24,000 nt of DNA from Gammaproteobacteria bacterium (GTDB lineage: Bacteria; Pseudomonadota; Gammaproteobacteria; Steroidobacterales; Rariloculaceae), in the NCBI GenBank assembly GCA_016927175.1, contig JAFGNC010000242.1, forward strand, positions 6,126 through 30,125. The letters are read 5' to 3'. The notes beneath the pieces are model-generated. The model saw only the letters and a list, made by a program, of their open reading frames with translations. It was not told where the DNA came from and did no database searches. The translations under genes and the position numbers were made by a program. This document shows positions 1-6,118 of this stretch, in pieces (the first letter of the stretch is position 1; each line of letters begins with the position of its first letter).

Positions 1-245
1 TCGAGGCGCAGCTCGCGCGCGGGCTCCTCGAGCTCGGTCGAGTCGTCGGCGAAGACCTTCCAGCGGCGGAAAGTCTCGTATTCACCGGACGTGCGGTCGA
101 TTGCGACCCGTACGTCGATGTCCTCGCCATGACGCTTGCGGGTGGCGGACGCCAGCGCCGCTTCGATCGCTTCGAAGATGACGTCCTTTTCGACGCCCTT
201 CTCGTTCGAAACGGCGTCGGCCACCATTAGTATCTCTTTGTTCAT
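1..245 (-). CDS. nusA: Transcription termination/antitermination factor NusA, N-terminal part (gene continues past the left edge)
   Basis: Manual reverse translation from the ATG at 245 gives MNKEILMVADAVSNEKGVEKDVIFEAIEAALASATRKRHGEDIDVRVAIDRTSGEYETFRRW, a canonical NusA N-terminus. It lies 27 nt downstream of rimP, as in the conserved rimP-nusA-infB operon. It is absent from the ORF track because the window edge truncates it. Confidence 0.9.
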   Translation of the reverse strand, partial: MNKEILMVADAVSNEKGVEKDVIFEAIEAALASATRKRHGEDIDVRVAIDRTSGEYETFRRWKVFADDSTELEEPARELRL

Positions 246-272
246 CTTCCGATCACCTGAGTCATGCCGAAG

Positions 273-737
273 TCATGTCGATTTGGGCGGCACCAAGCGA
301 GCCGTCGCGATGTCTTCGACGTCGACGCGCCACTCGGCGCCGTCGACGTCGATCGACACGTCCTCGTTCTCGACACCGAGCACGCGCCCGCGCAGCTTCC
401 TGCGCCCGTCGTGAGGCCGCTTCAGCTCCACCCTGACCTCCTCGCCGACGAACCGCGCGAAGTGCTCCGGCGTGCGGAGCCTGCGGTCGACGCCCGGCGA
501 CGATATCTCGAGCATGTAGCTCCCCGGCAGCGGGTCCTCGACGTCGAGGAACGCGCTGAGCTGCCCGCTGACGAGCTCGCAGTCGGCGAGCGTCACGCCG
601 CCTTCCTGCTCGCCCGACCGATCGATGTAAACTCGCAGCAGACCGTTACGCCCGACGTGGACGTCGAGGTCGACGAGCTCGTAGCCGAGCGCCCTCACCG
701 GACCTTCCAGCAGTTCGATCAATTCCCTCTTGTCCAC
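273..737 (-). CDS. rimP: Ribosome maturation factor RimP
   Basis: ORF 273..914(-) contains VDKRELIELLEGPVRALGYELVDLDV...LEISSPGVDRRLRTPEHFARFVGEEV, which is collinear with RimP. The first ~59 codons of the track ORF are Arg/Pro-rich and span two terminator hairpins. I therefore place the start at the in-frame GTG at 737 (GTG GAC AAG AGG GAA TTG). The start codon is inferred. Confidence 0.85.
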   Translation of the reverse strand: MDKRELIELLEGPVRALGYELVDLDVHVGRNGLLRVYIDRSGEQEGGVTLADCELVSGQLSAFLDVEDPLPGSYMLEISSPGVDRRLRTPEHFARFVGEEVRVELKRPHDGRRKLRGRVLGVENEDVSIDVDGAEWRVDVEDIATARLVPPKST

Positions 738-820
738 CTGGCCTCGTCCACCAAGCCTCGCCCGCCAGGCCTCTACGCTCGCGGTGCGTACGCCGCGAGG
801 CCGCCGGGGACGAGCCGCGT

Positions 821-847
821 AACAAAAAATGGGCCTCGAGGCCCATT
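821..847 (-). terminator. Intrinsic terminator or attenuator hairpin in the rimP leader
   Basis: The minus strand reads AATGGGCC-TCGA-GGCCCATT (8-bp stem, 828..847) running into TTTTTTGTT. It lies about 85 nt upstream of the rimP start. Confidence 0.6.
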
Positions 848-897
848 CGCGCAGCTCCGTCGTCCGTGTCGGCATCCCACGACGCCGTGGGCAACAC

Positions 898-922
898 CAA
901 ATAAAAAGCCCCAAACCGGGGC
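898..922 (-). terminator. Intrinsic terminator (end of the cytochrome c operon or of a leader/sRNA transcript)
   Basis: The minus strand reads GCCCC-GGTTT-GGGGC (908..922) followed by TTTTTATTTG. Confidence 0.6.
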
Positions 923-1097
923 CCTAAACCTAACCTGTCGGGTTAGTATCCGGCTCCAACAACGGAATCCGCCGGATTCCGCGGTCGCCGCAGAACGGAT
1001 ACCCCGCAAGAACTTGCGCTATCTTATCAAAAACGGGTAGGGCTTGATACAGTCCGGCCCGACAGAGCGGCGGGCACGCTTCCGGGGCCGGCGCCGG

Positions 1098-1577
1098 CTA
1101 GTCTACGGGACGTGCGGGGTCCCGGACCTGCTGCAGCGACTCGACGTGCCGCACGAGCCGGTCGATCAGCTCCCGCGCATCGGCCTCGGCGGGCGCGTCG
1201 GCGCCCTCCTCGATCCAGAACTCGTACCCCCAGACCGGCATCGCGCGCGTGCCGTGCGCGGTGATCAGGGCCCGGCCGTCGATGATCTCCCGTACCTCGC
1301 CGGCCGGAAACAGCCCGTCCCGGCGCTCGGCAAGGCGGGTCAGGTCCGGGACGAAGACGTTCAGCGTCGCGGCGACCGGTCCGTCACCGCGGCCGTGATC
1401 GCCATGGCACGCCGAGCAGAACTGCTGAAAAAGCTCCTCGCCGGAGTAGTCGGTCAGATCGAAAGTCTGAGCGCCCGCGCCCGTGAGCGCCGCCCACCCG
1501 AGTGACGCGGCCAGCGCCGAGAGGGCCGCGCCGCGGCCGCGCCTGGTCAGTGCCAATGCCCGTGCTCCTCCGACCAT
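1098..1577 (-). CDS. Periplasmic mono-haem c-type cytochrome (class I-like)
   Basis: It has one CXXCH site (FCSACHGDHG), a downstream Met candidate (RAMPVWG) and a signal-like N-terminus (AALSALAASLGWAALTGAGA-QT). The track start at 1577 overlaps the upstream gene by 31 nt. An in-frame TTG 21 nt downstream, preceded by GGAGGAG, is an alternative start. Confidence 0.8.
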   Translation of the reverse strand: MVGGARALALTRRGRGAALSALAASLGWAALTGAGAQTFDLTDYSGEELFQQFCSACHGDHGRGDGPVAATLNVFVPDLTRLAERRDGLFPAGEVREIIDGRALITAHGTRAMPVWGYEFWIEEGADAPAEADARELIDRLVRHVESLQQVRDPARPVD

Positions 1578-1777
1578 ACTCTACGCGGCCCTTGAGGTTC
1601 ATCTTCCAAGTTTTTGATAGAGCTGAGCATGATAATGGCTCCGGCCGCGAGCATCAGGCCCACGGCCGACAGCGTGACCCAGCCGCCGAGAGATGTCCTC
1701 TGTCCCTTGGAGATGCAGCACCGCTTGTACTTCCTGCCGCTGCCGCAAGGGCACGGCGCGTTTCGCCCAACCGTCAT
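1547..1777 (-). CDS. Small SEC-C-motif (Zn-finger) membrane protein with a His-rich C-terminus
   Basis: It carries PCPCGSGRKYKRCC (SEC-C metal-binding motif), one TM segment (WVTLSAVGLMLAAGAIIMLSS) and a C-terminal EEHGHWH. I chose the ATG at 1777 because GAGGGGGAG precedes it. The track start at 1792 (an ATGA overlap with the M23 gene stop) is the alternative. Confidence 0.75.
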   Translation of the reverse strand: MTVGRNAPCPCGSGRKYKRCCISKGQRTSLGGWVTLSAVGLMLAAGAIIMLSSIKNLEDEPQGPRRVWSEEHGHWH

Positions 1778-1788
1778 GGCGCTCCCCC

Positions 1789-2583
1789 TCATTCGTATAC
1801 AGACAGCAACGAGAACGGGTCCACCCGGGCGTCGACGATTCTGGCACCCCAGTGCAGGTGAGGTCCCGTCACGCGCCCCGTCGCCCCGGCGAGGCCGACC
1901 TGCTGGCCCCGCCCGACCATCTGCCCCGGCTCGACGTCGATTCTCGACAGATGCAGGTATACCGTATAGACGCCGAGGCCGTGGTCCACGAATACCGCGT
2001 TTCCGCTGAAGAACAGTTCCTTGGCCAGCACGACGCGGCCTCGGTTTGCCGCCAGGATCGGCGTCCCCGTCGCGGCGCGCAGATCGGCACCGGAGTGCGG
2101 AGCACGCGGCTGGCCGTTGAAGATACGCCGGTGCCCGAAGTTGCGCCCTCCGCTCACGCCGGGAATCGGCACGAGGAAAGGCTCGCTCCAGTGCGCCTCG
2201 GGGGTGACCGTCGCGTAGATCTGCGCGATCTCTCCGCTTTCGCGGTTGGCCCGCTGCTGGTCCTCCGGACTCAGCTCGACATATCGCGGCTCGACCGTCA
2301 GCTCGGTGGTCGGGAACTCCGCCGCACTGACGGCAATCGGCTCCGTGCGTTGGGCGCTGCGGCCGTCCGCGTAAGTCAGGGAGAGCTCCGCTTCGTGCGC
2401 GCCGGCTTCGGTGTCGAGATCGACGCCGAGCAGCGCCATCCAGGTTTCGCCCTGCCGCACGAGCGGGCGCTCATGGCCGTTCCAGGTCACCGTGATCTGC
2501 TCGAGGCCGGGCTCGTGCGGAACTTCCAGCCGCAGCGCCTGCCCCTGCGCCGCAGCGAGACTCGCCAAGATCAGCGCCAGCAT
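1789..2583 (-). CDS. M23 family metallopeptidase (LytM/lysostaphin-type), exported
   Basis: It has HSGADLRA...GNAVFVDHGLGVYTVYLHLS...TGRVTGPHLHWG, which matches the HxxxD and HxH M23 motifs. The N-terminus is hydrophobic (MLALILASLAAAQG). Confidence 0.9.
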   Translation of the reverse strand: MLALILASLAAAQGQALRLEVPHEPGLEQITVTWNGHERPLVRQGETWMALLGVDLDTEAGAHEAELSLTYADGRSAQRTEPIAVSAAEFPTTELTVEPRYVELSPEDQQRANRESGEIAQIYATVTPEAHWSEPFLVPIPGVSGGRNFGHRRIFNGQPRAPHSGADLRAATGTPILAANRGRVVLAKELFFSGNAVFVDHGLGVYTVYLHLSRIDVEPGQMVGRGQQVGLAGATGRVTGPHLHWGARIVDARVDPFSLLSVYE

Positions 2584-2628
2584 GCTCTCGTCCCAACAGC
2601 TTTCGGCGTCATCGTAACGGCAGCGGCG

Positions 2629-3702
2629 TCAACGGTGAAAGGCCTGGTAGTGTGTCGCCAGCAAATCGGCGCCGAAATCGCCGGCCTTGCTGCGCCACAC
2701 GCTGTGCACGTGATTACCGTCATTCTGCACATTGTCGAACTCGAACAGAAAATCCGGCCCCTGCAGCCGATAATAATGCGGAGCACCGCGCTCGACGCTG
2801 CCGAGCCAGGCAAAGCTCAAGCTGTCGACGTCGACGCCGCGCAGATAGCCTTCCGATATTTCCGGCCGGTACGTCGTCATGACTTCGTCCAGAATCCGCC
2901 GCACCCAGTGCCGCTGCATTTCGTTCAACGCTGCGACGGGAATGCCTTCCGGCTCGAGCGCCGTCCGCCATGCGTCCCAGTCGCTGCGCGCCTTCCCGAT
3001 ATTGCCCGTCATGATGTCGCTCGGGGCCTCGGCGGACAGCACCGCGCGCTCCCGCTGTGCGTCCGTCAGGGAGCGCACCAGCTCCCGGGCGAGATCCTCC
3101 TCGGTGGCGAGCACCCGGTAGCCGGCGAGCGGTCCGCTGCGGATCTCTCCGGGGTTCGCGCCGAGGAAGCTCGGTGTCACCGCGATGCCGTCCGGCGTCA
3201 CCGTCACGCTCAGGGACACGTGGTGACCTTCGAAACGCCATGCCCACGGCTCTTCCGTGGAAGGCACGCCGAAGATGACAACGGCATAGTGGCCGACGTC
3301 GCGAGGCAGCCCGACATCATCCAGTTTCTTTAGAATTTCTTCTAACTGCATGATATTAACAATCTTCGCGTGCCCTTTGGAGCTCAAGACGGCCCGCAGC
3401 AGGTCGTGCGCGAGCGCGCGTTGCCCGGCAGTCATCAGCTCGAGCGGCAGCCCTGCCCTCGCGGTCGGCCAGTACGCCCACTGCTCTTTCGCGGGATCGT
3501 CGAACGGCAGCAGCAGACCGGCGCGGCGATCGTAGCCGACGACGCGCTCGACCGGGCCCGGCCCGCTCTCGACCGTCGCCACCAGCGCTTGCGCCGCGGC
3601 GACTATCCGCTCGACGTCCTGCCGGCCCTGCGGCTGCTGGGCCGACGAGGACGATGCCAGCAGAGCGGCGGCTGCGCCAAGCGCGACGAAACGACGTAGC
3701 AT
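2629..3702 (-). CDS. DUF3500-like exported protein
   Basis: WAWRFEGHHVSLSVTV and the C-terminal FLFEFDNVQNDGNHVHSVWR match the DUF3500 pattern as I remember it. I set the start to the internal ATG at 3702 (MLRRFVALGAAAALLASSSSAQQ, a signal peptide, preceded by GGGGGA). The 32 upstream codons of the track ORF would bury a promoter-like element. Confidence 0.85.
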   Translation of the reverse strand: MLRRFVALGAAAALLASSSSAQQPQGRQDVERIVAAAQALVATVESGPGPVERVVGYDRRAGLLLPFDDPAKEQWAYWPTARAGLPLELMTAGQRALAHDLLRAVLSSKGHAKIVNIMQLEEILKKLDDVGLPRDVGHYAVVIFGVPSTEEPWAWRFEGHHVSLSVTVTPDGIAVTPSFLGANPGEIRSGPLAGYRVLATEEDLARELVRSLTDAQRERAVLSAEAPSDIMTGNIGKARSDWDAWRTALEPEGIPVAALNEMQRHWVRRILDEVMTTYRPEISEGYLRGVDVDSLSFAWLGSVERGAPHYYRLQGPDFLFEFDNVQNDGNHVHSVWRSKAGDFGADLLATHYQAFHR

Positions 3703-3763
3703 GCGTGTCCCCCAGCGCGACTGCCCGCCGCCGAAGGCCGGCGGCGCCGTAACGAACGGCTCG

Positions 3764-3792
3764 ATCATGCTGTCGCGGCGGGGGGCGGTCAA
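3764..3792 (-). promoter_or_regulatory. Candidate sigma70-type promoter for the DUF3500/M23/SEC-C/cytochrome c gene run
   Basis: The minus strand reads TTGACC (3792..3787), a 17-nt spacer, then CATGAT (3769..3764), about 60 nt upstream of the ATG at 3702. This is a pattern match only. Confidence 0.3.
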
Positions 3793-3832
3793 GCGCACAG
3801 ACGCAGTAAGCAGTGATCGCCTCGCGCAGATA

Positions 3833-3850
3833 CGGCTCGAGCTCGAGCCG
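3833..3850. repeat. Perfect 18-bp palindrome CGGCTCGAGCTCGAGCCG, a possible terminator or RNA-stabilising hairpin
   Basis: It was read directly from the sequence. It begins 9 nt after the stop (3859) of the last gene of the 7270->3859 operon. No U-tract follows it on the minus strand. Confidence 0.5.
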
Positions 3851-3858
3851 GGGACAGC

Positions 3859-4389
3859 CTAAGGCCCGTCCAGCACGATACCGACTCCGAACAGACCGAG
3901 CAGACCGAGGACCGCGATCAGCACGATCAGCACGGTCGGCAGCAGCAACACGTAAGTCAGGGCCGCACGCCGACGCCGGGTCAGGTAAACGTACGCGCCC
4001 AGCGCGAGCAGCCAGAACGCCGCCGCCGCGAACACTGCCGCGCCGGACAGGTATGTCCGCTCGCCCAGCGTCGCCTCGTGCGTCAGCCCGTGCGGCACGA
4101 ACAGATACTGCGGCCAGAAGAGCAGCGTCTGCCCGACTGCATCGGGCAGCCACCGGCCCGGCAGCAGCACCCAGGCGAGCGTCGGGAACAGAACGAGCGA
4201 CGCGAGCAGCACTCCCCAGCAGACCAGATACCTGACGAGCATCCTTCGTTGTTCGGTGTCGAGTTCCATCGCTCCGATCTGCCTCCGCCTGCGCCGCTGC
4301 GTTCCGTTCCCTTCGCTTTCGGTCATCGCGTTACCGCCGAGTGGCCGCCGCGGGGGCGCCCTCGGGTGTTCCCCGAGACGGACACTCAC
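3859..4389 (-). CDS. Hypothetical polytopic inner-membrane protein
   Basis: It has at least three strongly hydrophobic segments (LVCWGVLLASLVLFPTLAWVLL; AAVFAAAAFWLLALGAYVYL; LTYVLLLPTVLIVLIAVLGLLGLFGVGIVL) after an Arg-rich N-terminus (QRRRRRQ). The GTG start at 4389 sits 4 nt after the upstream stop, with GAGG inside AACTGAGGCGGCGTG. The ATGs at 4326 and 4269 are alternative starts. I recognised no family. Confidence 0.7.
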   Translation of the reverse strand: MSVRLGEHPRAPPRRPLGGNAMTESEGNGTQRRRRRQIGAMELDTEQRRMLVRYLVCWGVLLASLVLFPTLAWVLLPGRWLPDAVGQTLLFWPQYLFVPHGLTHEATLGERTYLSGAAVFAAAAFWLLALGAYVYLTRRRRAALTYVLLLPTVLIVLIAVLGLLGLFGVGIVLDGP

Positions 4390-4395
4390 GCCGCC

Positions 4396-6054
4396 TCAGT
4401 TGAACGACGAGCTCGGTACCGGGACGTTGCCGCCCACAAAGCCGTTCATGTTTACCGTGGCCCTGCCGCCCGTGGCCCTGATGATGCCGTGCGTGTAGCC
4501 GTTGGAGTTGTACCGGCCCTGGCCCGCCAGCGGCGTCGGGCTGTAGGGCAGGTTGTCGTCGTAACGCGTATCGGCCGCGAGGATCATGGTCCAGTAGGTC
4601 GAGGCGGCCGTCGAGGAGCGCGACGCCGTGCCGAGCGTCATCATCAGATGCGGCAGGTCGCCGCCCCAGTTCTTCTCGCTGACGAGCCGCCCGTTACCCA
4701 GCATTCGGCTGTCGGTGTCGTAGGCGCTGACCGTCGAGCGGTTGTACTCGAGCGCCGTGTGCATGAACGGCAGCCAGCCGATGATTCGCCGGCCGGTCAC
4801 GTACACGGTTCCCGAGCGCCGCGGGACCTCCTGCGCCTCTGCGCTGGCGATCCCGAGCAGAGATACGAACAGCTCGAAGCCTTGGCCGTAGTCGCGATCC
4901 TCGAGCGTACCGGCCTCGCCGCGCCGGCCTCGCAGATCCCAGCCGCCGACCGGCACCGTCAGAACCTTCTCGACGACGGACTCGATCGACGAGAGGCCGG
5001 TCGATCGCGCTTTCGCCTGCGAGTAGATCGAGCTCTCTTCGCTCCAGATCGTGATGGCGCTCGGATTGAAGACGGAGTAATCCCGCACCGTCGTCGTGTA
5101 GGTATAAGGCATGTAGTAGCATCCCGAGGTCACGAGCAGCGGATCGCCGTAGCCGTTCGGGCACCAGTAGTCGTAATAGGTCGTGGTGACGATGACGTAC
5201 GGCGCCGTATTGGCGAAGTACCCGGGATCGCGCAGATAGCGGTGCACGTCGCGCGCGAACAGTCGCAGCGACGAGTCGATTGCCCGCACGCCGAGCGGGG
5301 ACTGCGTGCCGGCCCAGCCGGGTGAGTAGACGATCTGATTCATCGCGGCGCTGGCGCCGACGGCCCCGGCCACGCCGCGCAGCACGACGTCCGCGAAACC
5401 GTCGGCGTTGACGTCGCGCAGTGACAAAGCGGCCGTGGCTTGCGGCCACGCGGACGCGGTCCGCCGCTGGGACGATGTCGGAACACGCGGAGAGAACCGG
5501 CCCGAAGACTGCTGCAGCAGCAGGACGGCTTCGAGCACTCCGTTACCGGCCGTTCCTCCCGACGTGCGGTTCACGAACAGATCCTGACGGCCGTCGCCGT
5601 TCAGGTCGCCGCGCCGGACCTCGAACCGGTAGTTCAGCTGGCGCTCCAGAGACTCGACCTGAGTCAGGGTGCCGCCGACTTTGACGGCCGCCGCCGCCCC
5701 GTAGCTCGGCTGACTGGCGTAACTCCACGCTCCCGCCGAGTAGTAGTAGAGGTACAGATAGACGACCCGATAGTAGTACGTGCCCGCGGGTTTGCTCGTA
5801 AACGTGACGCTGCCCTGCCCGACGTACTGCCATGTGCCGCCGTCGCCGGCCTTCTCTTCAAGCCAGTGGCTGCAGCTGCTGCAGGGCATGTACGAGACGG
5901 TGTAGCTGCCCGTGCTGGAGCTTGCCGGCGCCGTCGGCGCCGGCTGTGCCTGCACGCACGTCGTTGCCATCGCCAGCAGGCCGACGGCGGCGCCTATGCG
6001 CCGCGCATCCGAAATCGCCGCAGCCCGTTCGTTCCACCAGTTCAAAACTCTCAT
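4396..6054 (-). CDS. Large secreted protein: FN3-like N-terminal domain, FG-GAP/VCBS-type repeats and an unassigned C-terminal domain
   Basis: The start is set at the ATG at 6054 (MRVLNWWNERAAAISDARRIGAAVGLLAMATTCVQA-QP, a signal peptide), preceded by AGGGAGGG. GSYTVSY...GGTWQYVGQGSVTFTSKPAGTYYYRV resembles the FN3-like module at the N-termini of SpvB/Tc/Rhs-type proteins. GDLNGDGRQDLFV and RDVNADGFADVVL are FG-GAP/VCBS-type motifs. There are no YD/RHS repeats, and I could not assign the C-terminal ~300 aa. Confidence 0.85.
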   Translation of the reverse strand: MRVLNWWNERAAAISDARRIGAAVGLLAMATTCVQAQPAPTAPASSSTGSYTVSYMPCSSCSHWLEEKAGDGGTWQYVGQGSVTFTSKPAGTYYYRVVYLYLYYYSAGAWSYASQPSYGAAAAVKVGGTLTQVESLERQLNYRFEVRRGDLNGDGRQDLFVNRTSGGTAGNGVLEAVLLLQQSSGRFSPRVPTSSQRRTASAWPQATAALSLRDVNADGFADVVLRGVAGAVGASAAMNQIVYSPGWAGTQSPLGVRAIDSSLRLFARDVHRYLRDPGYFANTAPYVIVTTTYYDYWCPNGYGDPLLVTSGCYYMPYTYTTTVRDYSVFNPSAITIWSEESSIYSQAKARSTGLSSIESVVEKVLTVPVGGWDLRGRRGEAGTLEDRDYGQGFELFVSLLGIASAEAQEVPRRSGTVYVTGRRIIGWLPFMHTALEYNRSTVSAYDTDSRMLGNGRLVSEKNWGGDLPHLMMTLGTASRSSTAASTYWTMILAADTRYDDNLPYSPTPLAGQGRYNSNGYTHGIIRATGGRATVNMNGFVGGNVPVPSSSFN

Positions 6055-6118
6055 GTCACGACCCTCCCTGGTTTGCACTGAGCTCATCCGCGCGATGCGA
6101 GCGCCGACGCCTTCGGCG

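Noticed and set aside
738-1097. Expected tRNA-fMet (metY) upstream of rimP
   Set aside because: I looked on both strands for an acceptor stem, a GGTTCGAATCC-type T-loop and a CCA end. None was found. The hairpins present do not form a cloverleaf.
1693-3333. 546-aa plus-strand ORF
   Set aside because: It lies antisense to the recognisable M23 peptidase and DUF3500-like genes. Its translation is Arg/Ala/Pro-rich with no recognisable motifs. This is typical of stop-codon-poor antisense frames in high-GC DNA.
5730-5775. Tyr-rich stretch YYYRVVYLYLYYYS in the secreted protein (repetitive GTAGTA-type DNA)
   Set aside because: It is probably just the aromatic-rich last strands of the FN3-like domain. 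It is not a tandem DNA repeat of defined unit length and is not independently interpretable.
4396-6054. Calling the large secreted protein an Rhs/YD-repeat or Tc toxin, or a lipase
   Set aside because: Only the N-terminal FN3-like module and the FG-GAP motifs resemble those proteins. No YD/RHS repeats, no PxxxxDPxGL-type core boundary and no G-x-S-x-G lipase pentapeptide are visible.
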